A stretch of DNA of 55,777 nt, filler included, from Sphacelaria rigidula (Eukaryota), in NCBI GenBank assembly GCA_964200075.2. It is 4 parts of 4 records of this genome, joined end to end, with 100 filler letters (N's around TTAATTAATTAA, not from the genome) between each part and the next. Parts side by side here need not be neighbours in the genome. Positions count along the whole stretch, not along the records: positions 13,972 to 27,842 come from CAXNAA020002621.1; positions 27,943 to 41,810 come from CAXNAA020002622.1; 2 more parts are not named here. One strand, 5' to 3'. How positions within the stretch are numbered: position 1 is the stretch's first letter; every line of letters starts with the position of its first letter. This document shows positions 26,325 to 39,242 of this stretch, one piece after another. Both the position numbers and the translations under genes were made by a program. The notes beneath the pieces were generated by a model. That model was not told the origin of the DNA. It saw only the letters and a program-made list of their open reading frames with translations, and ran no database searches.

Positions 26325-27770
26325 AAAATACCCAGTATCCACCAGTATCCGGCGGCAAAATACCCAGTATCGTCAGTATCGTCCAGTATAAGGCAGCAGC
26401 GAATTACCCAGTGTCCCCAGTATCCACCAGTATCGTATGAGGTGGCGAAATACCCAGTGTCGCCAACATCCGCCAGTAAGCGGCGAAGTACCCAGTACCA
26501 GTATCCGCCAGTACGAGGCGGTAAAATATCCTTTATCGCCAGTATCCGCCAGTACAAGGCGGCGAACTACCCAGTGTCGCCAGTATCCGCCAGTATCCGC
26601 CAGTATCAGGCAACGAAGTACCCAGTATCGCCAGTATCCGCCAGTATGACGCGTCGAAGTACCCAGTATCGCCAGTATTCGCGAGTCCGAGGCGGTGAAA
26701 TACCCTGTATCGCCAGAATCGTCTAGCATGAGGGGGTGAAATACCCAGTATCGCCAGTATCGTGTAGTATAATAAGGCGGTGAATAATGCCCAGTATCGC
26801 CAGTATCCGCCAACACGAGGCTGGGAAATACCCGGTATCGAAATATAGTACCCACGTTCGAAGTGGGCACGGCTTAAGTTGGGATTCTTCTCGCGTACAC
26901 TCTTTTATAGAAGTCGAATTTGCTAGCGTCGGTAGATTTTGGTGAAATAAAAAAATCGTCCTCAAAACACAATACCGAAGTTCGTATTAGTCGGTGTTAT
27001 CGGGCGATACGAGTAGGTACTCCGTTTATCATGAGGGCGTTATTGAGCGTAAAACGCAGTTATTTGGCTCTAGTGCAATAAGTACGTAAAAAAATCCGCA
27101 TTCCTTCACAAATATGATCGAGATACGCTCGATCGACCGAAAATACCGAAGAGTCGAAATCTGGACTGAAACGTGTTAGGACCCCGATGATTGGTCAGCC
27201 CGTAAGTCTCCAAATATTGAGTACATATGATATTATTGTTTTGGAATTTGGAGCGGATACTAGTATCTATCTTCAGGTTCCCAATGTGATGAACAGTGGC
27301 AAGCGAAGGGACCTAAGAAAATCGCCAGTAGTATCGAAGACATGACCGTTCTGTTCGACCTCCCCCTTTTATTTTCTGTTCCTTTTTTTCTCAGAGCGTT
27401 TTTCAGTTTCGTTTTTCTTGGGGACGTCCATCATGAGACCACGGCTGGACCCCTGGGGTATCAGTTATAAAGTACGACAATCAATCAATCAATCAATCAA
27501 TCAAATACCAATCATCCCACTTTGAACGTGGGTATTGTACCCAGTATCCGCCAGTATCAATGAGTTTGACACAATGAAACACGCAGTATCGCCAGTTTCC
27601 GCCAGTAGCATCATCATCACCAGTATCCGCCAGTGTCGCCCTCCGAAATACGCAGTATCGCAAGTATGCACCACCAGTATGAGACGCTGAAATATGCAGT
27701 ATCGACAGTAGTATCCGCCAGTATGAGGGGGCGAAATACCAAGTATATCGCCAGTATCCGGCAGTACAAG
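26325..27770 (+). repeat. Degenerate ~39 bp tandem array (AAATACCCAGTATCGCCAGTATCCGCCAGTATGAGGCGGCG), split by a MITE
   Basis: Units visible at 26325-26840 and 27538-27770. Confidence 0.85.
26851..27532. mobile_element. 682 bp non-autonomous TIR element with TA duplication
   Basis: TA|CCCACGTTCGAAGTGGG ... CCCACTTTGAACGTGGG|TA; (TCAA)n tract near the right end. Confidence 0.75.
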
Positions 27771-27842
27771 GCGGACACTTTCTACGATAGCCCCCCCCCA
27801 AAAAGTGCATGGTTTTGGGAGGCAAAATCTTCGCGTAAATCG

Positions 27843-27942
27843 NNNNNNNNNNNNNNNNNNNNNNNNNNNNNNNNNNNNNNNNNNNNTTAATTAATTAANN
27901 NNNNNNNNNNNNNNNNNNNNNNNNNNNNNNNNNNNNNNNNNN
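27843..27942. other. Assembly gap with TTAATTAATTAA linker
   Basis: N-run with linker. Confidence 0.98.
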
Positions 27943-28140
27943 CTGCTCGTCTAGTTTCCTCCAGTGTTGGTGCTGCCCCGAGCGGTACTGAATCCCCAGT
28001 GGTTGACGCTGCCGGTCGCTGCTTCACCTCCTCGACGATGGCTGGGTTCAGTGTTAGCGATTTGGCGTTGAGCAGGGTGCGGAAAAATCTCGCCCACCGT
28101 TTAAGGATGGCAATTTTGTTCCTCAGTAGGACGCCGTTCT
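27943..28140 (-). mobile_element. LINE (RTE-like) ORF2 fragment between endonuclease and RT
   Basis: NGVLLRNKIAILKRWARFFRTLLNAKSLTLNPAIVEEVKQRP...APTLEETRRA matches the non-LTR ORF2 motifs I..RW..FF..LLN and PT.EE...A; runs into the gap. Confidence 0.75.
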
Positions 28141-28780
28141 GACTGTAGAAATCTCTGTTTAGGGTCTGGTACATTTCCACATATAATGCAGGGTCTGGAT
28201 GTTTCCACATGTATGTAATGTTACTCAGTGAGATCGCGAGAAAAAACAGCGACATCTGGGCGCATTGTAGGTGAGGCAATCGCCAAAAATATTCACCTGC
28301 AAACTCTGCTCCAGTGCACTGTAAGTTGATGTCGCTAAGAGGACACTACCATAATCACCTTGCCGGCTGCCAAACTGTCAGGACGTAGGATCCGCTAGCA
28401 TTGATACTGTCTGTACGGGGATGTTGCCCCCTTGTCGGGTACGTGGGGAAGGGTTCGTGGACAAACGCAGAGGTCGCGTCAAGCAGCTACACGCTAGGCG
28501 TTCGTTCTCACTCAAGACTTCGATTTGGAGAGTGATACTAGGTACGCAGCAGCAACTGCTGCGTGTCGAGGTAACCCTTGGAGCAAGATGCATTTGGTTC
28601 CTGCTTAACAGAGGTTTCCCCCCAAACCCGAAATCAATAGGGGTTTAGCGTGGATAGAGCGAAAAAATATAGCAAAAAACGAGTGGCAAGAACCAAGTCG
28701 CAAAGCTCGAGTCGCAAAAAACCGGTCAGTCGAAATTTTTACGCGGCCGCCGCACATCGTTCTGTAAACCTGTGAAAATA

Positions 28781-29229
28781 TGTTGTGGTCTGGCCACGAG
28801 GTGATGCGGGAGTCACTCTCCAGAAACACACCTGGCCAGGGGTTGCAATAAGCAAACGGCCGGCCGTGATAAATAACTACAGTCGAGTGGGACGACTCCG
28901 GCTCGTAGCACATAGACCCTGGAGTCCGGACCAGCACTGCATGATGCCTCGTGCAAAACACAGACTCACTATAGCGTGCAGAGGAGTGCTGTTGACTTAC
29001 TTGCAAGCGAGATGTCTTCAAGAGGTGGCTGATAGCTTTTTTATTGGGCTTGGCTACTGGGTAGCTAGAACCAAAGTTGCTAGGTAGCTGGAAGTTGTGA
29101 GGGGCCAAGGGCCCGGGTGGAGCACGCCAAACTAGAACACAACAATATGCGAATGGAGTAAAACCTAACGCACATGCCACGCGTACTTCGAAACGCCTAC
29201 TACATATAGAGTCGGTATCCGCTGTAACA
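28781..29229 (-). repeat. 3' LTR (449 bp)
   Basis: Direct repeat of 35701-36156; adjacent to the PPT. Confidence 0.92.
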
Positions 29230-30334
29230 TCCCCCTCCCTTGCTTTGTGGACGCTGCTCATGCAAGACGAGGAAAGTCACAGCTCAAGTCGCTGTCGGGG
29301 GGATTCACTCAAGTCTCTACGTCATCAGCCTAATATCACGTCAACGACGAGAAAACCGCAGGAGAAAACCGCAGGATTGCGGGGCTAAGATTCACCGCGG
29401 GAAAAACTTGTCATAAAATCACAAGGATGGGCAAAACCTGGTATTCAGGAAAAAAGCCTCATCGCTTGGAGAAAAAAAAATCTCACGCCCTCTCAGATGG
29501 TGACTGCTTTCGCATGTGCCATGTCTTCCCGGGATCTCAGTTGGACTGGAGGACAGAAACCACCGCAAATAGAATAGACTACTTTCAGATAGGAACGGGG
29601 CTTAGACACCCCTGATTGGTTACACCAATCCTGGGTAGTGTAGGACTCGCATAGAGTTGACCCACTAAAACAAAAAACAAGAAAGCGTTTACTGGTTGAT
29701 GGGAGCGCTGCACGCTTTTTCTCCTATGGACCAGTACCTGCTCACATACTGGACAGTGGGGGACTACATTGTATATCAACAGTTCAGTCACGATACAGTG
29801 TCCTAGGAAGTACTCGGCACCCACCCTTTTCCACAATGCGGACGCATGAATCTTTCTACATGAGAAGGGTGGAGCGCCCTCAAGTCGGATCAACGTTCAC
29901 CGAGGACGAAGAAATGTGATGAACGGACTGGGTACCTGAAACAAAGAGCAAGATCAGGTAAACGAAATCAAGAGAAGGAAATGACTAATAATCCCCATGG
30001 AATGCAAGACCGGGAAAAGCGGAAAGAACGGAGCAAGATCGATCTGAAAAAGTGAAGAGACGGAAGCGATAACAGGATACATATCCGAGCTCATGATCAA
30101 CGGGAAAATACGAGTGGAAACAATCCCGAAAAGAGTAGAAAAAAACTGAACAGCTGTTCCAATGAAAAGAGAGAAACAGTACTGAACTACTGCTCATTCC
30201 TAAAAAAAAAGGAAAGAAAATACAAAACTGCTGCTCGCTTCTGTAGTGCAGCACGAAACGGTCTCCTGCGCTCTCCTTCGTACAATATTAATGCTTTTCT
30301 CTGCTTCGTTGATGTATAGGCTCGCTCGGCTGGG

Positions 30335-32030
30335 CCACTTGCTGGACCTCTTCGCGTGAAGATTCCTCGTAGTCCCCGTCGTCTCGTCACTTTCCAGAGG
30401 CGTCTGCCGTCATCGGATACTCGTGCTTTCTGCTCAGCCACGTCAAAATCCTCTCAGAATGCGAAACCTATGGGGAACAAGTTCAGAGCGTCACTGCACG
30501 ACAGAGGGACATGACGTGCTCGGGCCGGATGGCATACTTGATGCCCTTGACTGGGTGGTGCAGATGGCAAAGGGCGTGGAACCCGTCCACTCGTGGAAGC
30601 GTGAGGCTTTCCAGGACTCAGCTTCCCGGTAGCCACTCTGACATTGCTCCATCCTGGGCCTTTCCTCGCTATTTCTAAACTGTTGTTTTTTATGGATTTA
30701 GACTCGCGACGGTCTATCAGAGTGAGGAGGTGAGGTTTTCGGTTAACGGTTGGCGTCGCCCTTATGTCTGGTGTTGAGGTAAACTAGGCAAACCCGCCAG
30801 CGTTCGAATATTTCAGGTGAGGCGAGTAGCATTCGGTTAACGGTTGGCGTCGCCCTCATGTCTGGTGTTGAGGTAAACTAGGCAAACCCGCCAGCGTTCG
30901 AATATTTCAGGTGAGGCGGGTAACGATATATGGTTCGACATCTGGCGGACTATCATGCGCGTACGTATTTTGTGTCCTTGCATCACCACCTCCAGACCGC
31001 TTGCCGTCATCGAACCTTCTTACATTTCAATGAATCGTGTACCAGTGCTGCAGTTTCCTGCCTTTGCCATCCCGACACGTTGAGATCTCAGTCTCCGGAT
31101 CCATCACCAGTCTTACCTCGCATGGGTGCTGTTTGCGCTGTTCTACGAAAGCGTCCAGTCCTATACTCGGCTGTTGCATGTGAGATAAGTGCAAGTGAGC
31201 TTAGAGATGTGCGTGGTTTTGCGTCGACACGGCAACTCGGAGAGCGACATGTCAGAGGGAAGCAGCGTGTCGAGCAATGTGCGCTTGATACAAGGAGCCA
31301 ATGAGACGTGCTCATCCTACCTGACATCATGACTTGCAAAGCTCCGACAACATGTCCAGTAGCCATCCTCCCGGCCTTTCGACTGCGTCCTGACTGCGTT
31401 GTAGATCTGACGCTTCGGAAAGCAATGTCCTCTTTCAATCACGTGAACAAATGGGTGACTACGCCCACGCTAAACTCTTCGTCTCTGTTCAGCGAATCTT
31501 ATGAGGGACACCGGAAGTTAGGCTCATTCCGCAGGGGCACGGACTATCCCGTTGGCTTGTTTCGATGGCTGTGGAAAACCAAATGGGAATCGGGAAGCGA
31601 GGTCAACTGCCCGGCAGATGTATGATGTATGTGAATGCAACAGTATCTCAATCATTGGCAAGTTGATCACCTCGTCCCACGGGTCTACCGCACGCCCCTA
31701 CCTCGTGGCCGTTTGACGACTGCTTAATCTGTTGGGCCTCCTGCAACTGCATGACGGCGCATCTTGCCTGAAATAGTTTGTCCTCGTTGACAAAAGGAAG
31801 CGGTCACGCATCGTGGATAGGGTGGCGCCTACTGCTAAATTTTCATGGAATATGTGAACGAGTGCTAACAGGTCAGCTATCATTATTTTTGGAACCGCCA
31901 GCAGCTCCTTATCATCGACTCCGAAGTATCGCTTCTTTTTTGTACTCCGATTGCCTCTCACCTACCGTTTCGGCAGTCGTTTTCCCCTCAGTTCCAATCG
32001 CACCTGTTCGCGCAAAGGGTCTCTTTGCTG
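30335..32030 (-). pseudogene. Gypsy integrase relic with chromo-like and Tudor-like C-terminal segments
   Basis: With frameshifts: LAVPKIMIADLLALVHIFH...SCSCRR; PWDE..AVDLASRFPFGFPQPSKQA; AVERPGGWLLDMLSELCKS; PRTSLSSL; SEWLP..VLESLTLPRVDGFHA; DALNLFPIG...LWKV..DDGDYEESSREEV. Confidence 0.8.
30738..30925. repeat. 94 bp tandem duplication within the retroelement
   Basis: TTCGGTTAACGGTTGGCGTCGCCC... at 30738 and 30832. Confidence 0.93.
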
Positions 32031-32907
32031 GCGCTCAGATTGGATGCGTTAGTGAGGGTCTACAGAGCACAATCATTCGCCACTGTGTGCAGTTGAAGAT
32101 CTGCGGATGAACTACAGTAGTTCTAGCTCACAGTTGATGGTGACCAGAACCTGCTTCGGGTCCGTCGAGAACAGTCCAGTGTCAAGAAAGCCCAGCAGGA
32201 TGTCCACAAGTTCCCATTTCTCCGACTCACCCACCAATATTATGTTTGTTTGATATGCTTACCTTGGAGGCAGGTGGGTCTAGCGACTTTGTTGGGACGT
32301 GCTGCACTGGGAGGGAGGTGTGGCGGGGATCTACGTGAGTTGTGTTTGGGTCGACCTTGATTACTCTCACGAGTATGTTACGGACCCGTGAGCCGGGAGG
32401 TCAGAGGCAGGGGTGCGATTACGGATCCAACTACGTCCATCGGGGAAACCTTACTCTGAGTAGGGATGGTAGCACAGCAACGCCTGTCGCGCAAAGGTCA
32501 AGAGTACCGTCTCACATGTTGACCTTACGTTACAACATTACCGACATATAGTTACACCGCCTTCTCCCATATCTAAAAAAACCTGCATTGGCCGGAATTC
32601 GGTGAAGCCGCTGTCGGTGCCCAATCTCACCCGTTACCCCGAGTTGGCTTTCGTTGCGCCTGGGGGTGGTCCCTGAAGTTTGCCATCGCAGGCTTTCCAA
32701 AACATACTTTCGTGCATCAGGCAACGGCGCTCGCAACATATTCGCCCAAATGACATCATGGGTGGACGAGCTATACGCTTGCAGCATGAAAGTAGCAAAT
32801 AAAATAGCGAAGATGGCTGTCGAGTGAAATTGCCAAGGGAAGTAGAGAGAATAAAACTAAGAATGTGAAAAGCGAGAAGAGAAAAACGGCAGAAAAGTCA
32901 AGGCGTA

Positions 32908-33199
32908 CACGGGTGGCCACTGGGGTCTGTAACCTGGCCTTTTTGGGACCTTATCCACAATTGGTGAGGTCCGCGGATTAGGTGGACAACTGAAGAGCAT
33001 TCGCACAGCATGGACAGGTTCGAAACAAAACATGTCCCAGTCTACAGGGGAGTCACTTGCCCATAGACTGGGACATGTTTTGTTTCGATCCTGTCCATGC
33101 TGTGCGAATGCTTCTCAGCTGTCTACCCAATCCGCGGACCTTACCAAAGGTGGATAAGGTCCCAAAATGGTCAGGTTACAGACCCCGTGGCCACCCGTG
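32908..33199. mobile_element. 292 bp palindromic MITE with TA duplication (Tc1/mariner-like)
   Basis: TA|CACGGGTGGCCAC ... GTGGCCACCCGTG|TA; arms pair over ~135 bp. Confidence 0.9.
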
Positions 33200-33406
33200 T
33201 ACCATACGGTAGACAGGGGAACAGAAAAAAATACCAATACGTGAGTCAGTGAAAGGAGAAATTGACGTTAATAACGGATCGTGGGCTGCGACTGCTAAAT
33301 GCAGACGGTGAGGGAAAGGGATCACTAGTATAAAACAGTGTAAGAGCGAAAGAAAAAAATCAACAGCAAGAAAAATACCAGCGAGAGAGGGGAAAAACGT
33401 GTGGAG

Positions 33407-33651
33407 GAGTGATGCTACGGTAGGGTTGCACATTTTGAGAGAAAATGTTTCTCGGGGTGTTGCACGGATCATTTTGAGAATCGGCATCATTTTCACTTGG
33501 AAAATACTGAAAATGATGCCCATTTACGAAAAAGCCCCTGTGTGCATCTCCATGTCCTGTCCCCGGAGATTTGGGTTGCACAGTAAGCCTCATATATTTG
33601 GGCTCCTACAAAAACGAGACCCAGAAACTAAGAGTGTAACCCTCATTGCTC
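33407..33651. mobile_element. MITE of the GAG(C/T)RATGCTAC-TIR family
   Basis: Reverse-complement homolog of 40845-41407 without the SINE insert. Confidence 0.75.
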
Positions 33652-35700
33652 GGCTCAGAAAGTCGCAAAACATAGAAAAATAGCGGAATAGGAAAGTGAC
33701 TACTAATAAAAAAAAATATCGAGGAGGGCAAGCGGAAGAGAAGAAAACGTATAGAAAAGGTCGCAAATAAGAACAGTATAGTAGCGAAAGAGGCGACTAA
33801 TGATGATAAGAAAAAAAAACAGAAGACAGAAGCGGAAGAGGCAAACAGGAACAAAAAAACAAACGAGGGGAGAACACCCAGATCACTGACACGGTGTGAA
33901 GCAGTAACAACGACAGGTGCGTTCAGGGCAAGCACAATCGAATGGTAAAAGCGGCGGGGGCGGAGGGGAGCGGCGCGGTATTAGTGTGGGCTCCTCTGAT
34001 GTTCATGTGCAGCATTGAAGACGCTGCTATAGAAGGAGAACTATAGCAGAAACGAGAACCAATGGGATAGAAGACATCGGTGCAACAGTGTGGTAGCGGG
34101 AAGGCAAAAAATAGTAATGATGAACTGTAAGCAAGAGTAGGTGGGTGAGGAAAAAAACGGAAATATATATTACGGCGTAACGAATTAAATATCCCAACAA
34201 ATAAATAAATAAAAGTCGTTGTGCAAAACAAATCAAATGCATGAAATAATTCCCAAGACCGAAATAAATAAAGACGTATAAATAATAAAAAAACGTCAAA
34301 TAAAATAAATATAGGTCACTATGAAGGGAAGAATCAAGCGCCGCGAAACGCGTTTTACTCTAACGCCGCGAAACTATACTGTAGTTATAGGGTGGACGAA
34401 ACAAAATGATCCAGGCCTGAGCCCGGCATAAAATATCTCATTCAATCGGTAAGTCTACTACTGCTGAGCAACCGCCCTAGTTGCAGTAAGTTTGCCGATG
34501 TGGAGAAGCCACGATGCCCTCGTAGTGTCGTGGCGAAACGTTGTTTGCGCCATGAAGTGAAGTGACGATAGGTTGCCCCATGAAGTGAAGTGAAGATAAC
34601 GCTTGTTGAGTAGGTGTAATGTGTCGAAACGTAGGCCGGTGTGGAAAGATATCAGTGCAGTGGCGACATGATGCGACGAGGAGCGGAAGCGAATCCAAAC
34701 GACTTGACCCTCGCAAATGACTTTTCACAATGCCGCACATCAATCAATTCTTACCAGGGCTTTTCGTCATTGCTGGGCGTAAAACATTTTTCGTCCCCAA
34801 GGTGACTCCGGCACAGAAGCTCCGTAGTTGTCGGTTAGTAATTCATTCGGGCACACAAACAATTATCCGAACAATTGCTCGAGCGGTCGTGTGCATGCGC
34901 TCAGAGTTCGTTGGTACAAAGTTGTAGACAGCGCAAACACGCTGCCATCGCACACAGTACAGGCAGTCACTGCGCGGCAACGTATCTGGCTAGCATGTTT
35001 AGGTAGGGGCACCAGATCTAACAGGAGCCTTGTTTTGTACAGTACAAAACATGAACACGGATTACAGTCTCGCTATACCTCCAGGTGCCCACTACACACA
35101 ACCGCCGGCTGTGTGGCAGTTATGCACACATGTACGGATATTTCAGCCTCGTGATCCTCCACTCTCTAGTAGTGGGTCAACAGCACTTATCTCCAGCCTA
35201 CAAGGCACGTTGTACACAACGTGCACGTTGTAACAGCATCCAGACCTGCTATGGGAGAATGTGCACTGCACGGTAGTGAGAGGCGTGAGCAGATTTTTCA
35301 AAATTCGCTCATTTTTCGGCGCAAGCTCGTGTGGAGGCGGACGCATGCAGTCTGCAGCATTCTACTGAAGCAATGGTGGGTGGGTTACCACGCCGTGAAC
35401 GCGCAGGGCCGTGTACAAGCGTGTGGAAAGGGTGCACGACAGGATGTACTTACAGTGCCGCTTTGGCGCGGAAAGTATCGGGCACGCTAGACAGCTGCGT
35501 GTTACAGCTCTGTTCCGTCAAAGCTGATGGTTACTTCGAGAAACCAACAGGGGTGCAAAACCTTGTTGCGGATAAAAAAACACGCGATCGGTTGTTCTGC
35601 TACCTCAAGCTGAGTAGAAAGCTTGAGCATTGCACTACACAGTATGCAGACAACAGCGACGCGACTATGCAGTACTGCTTATTTTCTCCAATGGGCACCA

Positions 35701-36156
35701 TATTGTGGTCTGGCCACGAGGTGATGCGGGAGTCACTCTCCAGGAACACACCTAGCCAGGGGTTGCAATAAGGAAACGGCCGGCCGTGATAAATAACTAC
35801 AGTCGAGTGGGATGATTCCGGCTCGTAGCACATAGACCCTGGAGTCCGGACCAGCACTACATGCCTTATGCAAAACGCAGACTCACTTTAGCGTGGAGAG
35901 GAGTGCTCTTGACTTGCTTGCAAGCGAGATGTCTTCAAGTAGTGGCTGATAGCTTTTTTATTAGGCTTGGCTACTGGGTAGCTAGAGCCAAAGTTCCTAG
36001 GTAGCTGGAAGTTGTGAGGGGCCAAGGGCCAAGGGCCCGGGTGGAGCACGCCAAATTGGAACACAACAACAATATGCGAATGGAACAAAACCTACCGCAC
36101 ATGCCACGCGTACTTCGAAACGCCTACTACATATACAGTCGGTATCCGCTGTAAAA
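35701..36156 (-). repeat. 5' LTR (456 bp)
   Basis: Direct repeat of 28781-29229; followed on the minus strand by the PBS. Confidence 0.92.
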
Positions 36157-37167
36157 AATATTCTCCTCTCGGGTCTTGTGTTTCATAACCGCTCTGAAAA
36201 GTGTTGAAAACGCTGTCGTCAGCTTTGGTCAAGTCACAATGTACGCTTCCATCGGTCCCCTCTGTAGGATCGAAGCGCACGTCATCGTTTACGACCCACT
36301 TTTAGATTTTGGTCCATCGCTCTGAAGCCGCCAAAAATGTTCTCCTCTTGGCCCTTCTGACAAATACTGAAAAAGCTCTCATGTTTAGGTCGATCTTATC
36401 TTTAGCGTGGCGGCGTAAGCCACGGAAACCCTTTTATGCATTATTATATATATATATATATATTCGTGTATCGAATACACCGATTCTAGTATGCACTGAA
36501 CAGATTGCTCTGCCCAGGACAGATCAAACATGATGCTTTCAGTGTAGAATGAAAGATACCATTCTATGCTGCCGTACACGTTCTCTCTTGCCAAGATCTC
36601 GCGCTGCCGCCCGCTGTCACGCAAACACGATTACCCTAGGAGAGGATGTACATGGAACAATGACTCACACAAGTAACCCTCGAGATGCAAAGTACGCCAC
36701 TTCGACATTACAATCTTTGAGCTACCCTACCCTCAGAGCGCACGGCGCAGACAAATCGCCCTCAAACATGACGCGTAGTTCACTGTACGTGCTACGCACA
36801 CTGCACTCCCCCTGTATAATTGCCTTCGGTGAGAAAAAGCGCCCAACGCACATATGCACATCCTCGAACGATCAAGGGTCTTTCACGATCACCCCTCTTG
36901 TTTCTCGGTGGGCGAAAAAACAAACAAACGCATCTTTCATCCTCTTTGACTTTGAAATCTTCGCAGACCTTGATATCACAGAACTCAAATACTAGGAATA
37001 AATACTTGCGTTGGACACGAACTGGCCCGAAAAACGTGCATGACCACAGTACTCCGCAATCAACGAATTCGTTGCCTCGACCGAATCACCGTTGCACCCT
37101 TTACACACCACCTCAATCGCGATTCTCTAGACACGCGCATCTAGAAGGGGCGTGTGCGTGTGCGTGT

Positions 37168-39242
37168 GGGGGGGGGCGTACTCATTTGTTGCTTGCCTGC
37201 GTCGTCCGACCATTGATCACGCGTCCCTTTCGAGACGGAGCACCATTCCTACTGGCGGTGTGTATGTGGTATTTGTGTGTGTGTGTGGGGGGGGATTCAG
37301 TCGCCTCCACAGCACACTGGTCGATCTTATTTATTCACTAAATCGCCGCATGATGACTTATCCGCTACGAATTCAGCGTGGTCACAGGACACACATACTT
37401 GACGTAGTTGCAGCCAGTGCAATCATGGGCACAGCACGTATGAACTCATGGGGCACCCCATGCCCTGAAGCCCATGGAACTTCCCCCAGGGGGGGGGGGG
37501 CAGGGGGGAACTCTGATTCGTACGCTGGTCGATGTCACGTAATACCTACTTGATCCTTAATCCTGTTAAAGAGCTGGGAGCACGAATGCCATCTTTCAGA
37601 CTTGGGGACCTGCATTCCAACACATGGGCGCAGCACATGAACGTACGTTCCAAAGCACAGCACAGCGCAGCACAGCACACGCTCCTGTACTGCATGCATG
37701 CTTGCATGTCTACCATATGTGCATACCCCTACCCACTAGCAACCACGTCAAGTCACAATAGCTTCAGTCGCCTGCAGAAGGCTACCGTCCCGGCAACGGA
37801 CAGCACAATACATCCGTAAATTCCACCGGTAACGAGCCAAAATGTCATCGGCTGTTCTTCCCACCCGCTCAACAAGTTCATGCCGAAAACGCCTGCCGAG
37901 ACACCAAATCGGGTGCGCATAGGGAGGGGGGGCGGGTTGTAGTCATTTGTTATTTGCCTTACTTAGTCATTTGACCGTTGATTGCGCATCCCTTCCGAGA
38001 CGGAGCGCACGGGGGGAGGGGGGGGGGGGGGGGGGGGGGCGTTTTTTTTTTTTGCTTTAGCCGGTGTTCAACCCCCCACCCACACCCCTTGAGAGGCGAG
38101 CCGCNNNNNNNNNNTGTTGTTGTGTCTTCTCTCGTGGCTTTCTGCGTTGTTGTGTCACCGTTCTTTGCGTGGGCTGGCGGCGGGGTGGGGGGGGGGGGGG
38201 GGGCGTACTCATTTGTTACTTGCCTTAGCCGTTTGACCACTGACCACGCATCCCTTTCGAGACGGAGCCGCAACGGGGCGCACGGGGGGGGAGGGTTGTG
38301 ATGTGAGTCGAGGTTGAGATATAATCACTCGTGCAGTTTACACAAGCATTGGCGTTTCTCAAAACATGCGCCCGATGACACTGTACTGTACTTTCTCTGT
38401 GCCACACTAGGTGAAGTCCGATATGGGGTGCAGATCGTACGCCCCCCAGCAAAGGTGCTCACAGTGTCAATAGTTTGAAAAAATATAGTCATGGAGATGC
38501 CTACTGAAAAAATAAACAAGTTACGCTAGAATTTCTTCAGCACGGCATTGCCCTTTTTCTTCAAGAATATTTTGGGAATGTTTTTTTATGTTTGTTTCCA
38601 TAACCGTCCGTTTTTTTTGTTAGACTTTCGACGCTCAAGAGCCCACCCCCCACCACAACCACGATGTACCCCGTGCACACATCCCGTGCACACATCCCCA
38701 CGTCGCAACCGGAACGCCGAAGTATCATTAGGCCGCCGATACGCAGTGGCGGTGGAGACAGCGCTGGCCATTCCACCAGGCAACTCAAGGGCGCTGAAGG
38801 GGATTTTAGGTCTGCTCATCGAGTCCTACGGTGTTGGTCCCGAAGACCGGATAAAACTATGGAGAAACTGCAAAGCTCATATAGACGACACCGGGGAGCT
38901 CGACCTTTTAAACAAACGTCGGAGTAAGCAGACGTCATTTCTTGAGGCAACAAATGCCGCGGCGTTCCCGACGGACAACAAGCAGAATCGATCACTTCTT
39001 TTGACGGTTTACCCCCTGCCCCCCGACTAGGGGAGTTGAGAGAAGGGATAGGGATGAAAGCATATCTGCATGGCGCAATGGACGCGGCGAAAATATTGAA
39101 ACTGCAATTTCGGGTGCGTAATGAGCACCGGAATGTTTAAGGTGGCTCTATTAGGAGTAGGAACGATGCTCCGTCTCGAAAGGATGTGTGATCCATGGTC
39201 AAACGACTAAGGCAAGCAACAAGTCAGTGCGCCCCCCCCCCC
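37168..39242. mobile_element. Putative ~2.1 kb element bounded by inverted ~85 bp G-tract repeats, with internal copies and a possible transposase N-terminal relic
   Basis: 37168-37253 is the reverse complement of 39156-39242; extra copies near 37926-38010 and 38190-38270. No TSD seen. Confidence 0.45.

Larger units (their letters stand above)
28781..36156 (-). mobile_element. Structurally complete but coding-dead Ty3/gypsy LTR retrotransposon
   Basis: LTRs at 28781-29229 (TG...CA) and 35701-36156; PPT complement TCCCCCTCCCTT at 29230-29241; PBS TGGTGCCCATTGG on minus strand just left of 35701; TSD AATA (28777-28780 and 36157-36160); integrase relic inside. Confidence 0.9.

Noticed and set aside
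32400..32800. DNA methyltransferase motif I-like TLDLCATG inside the LTR element
   Set aside because: No downstream PC or ENV motifs; the region more plausibly represents very decayed RT/connection sequence.
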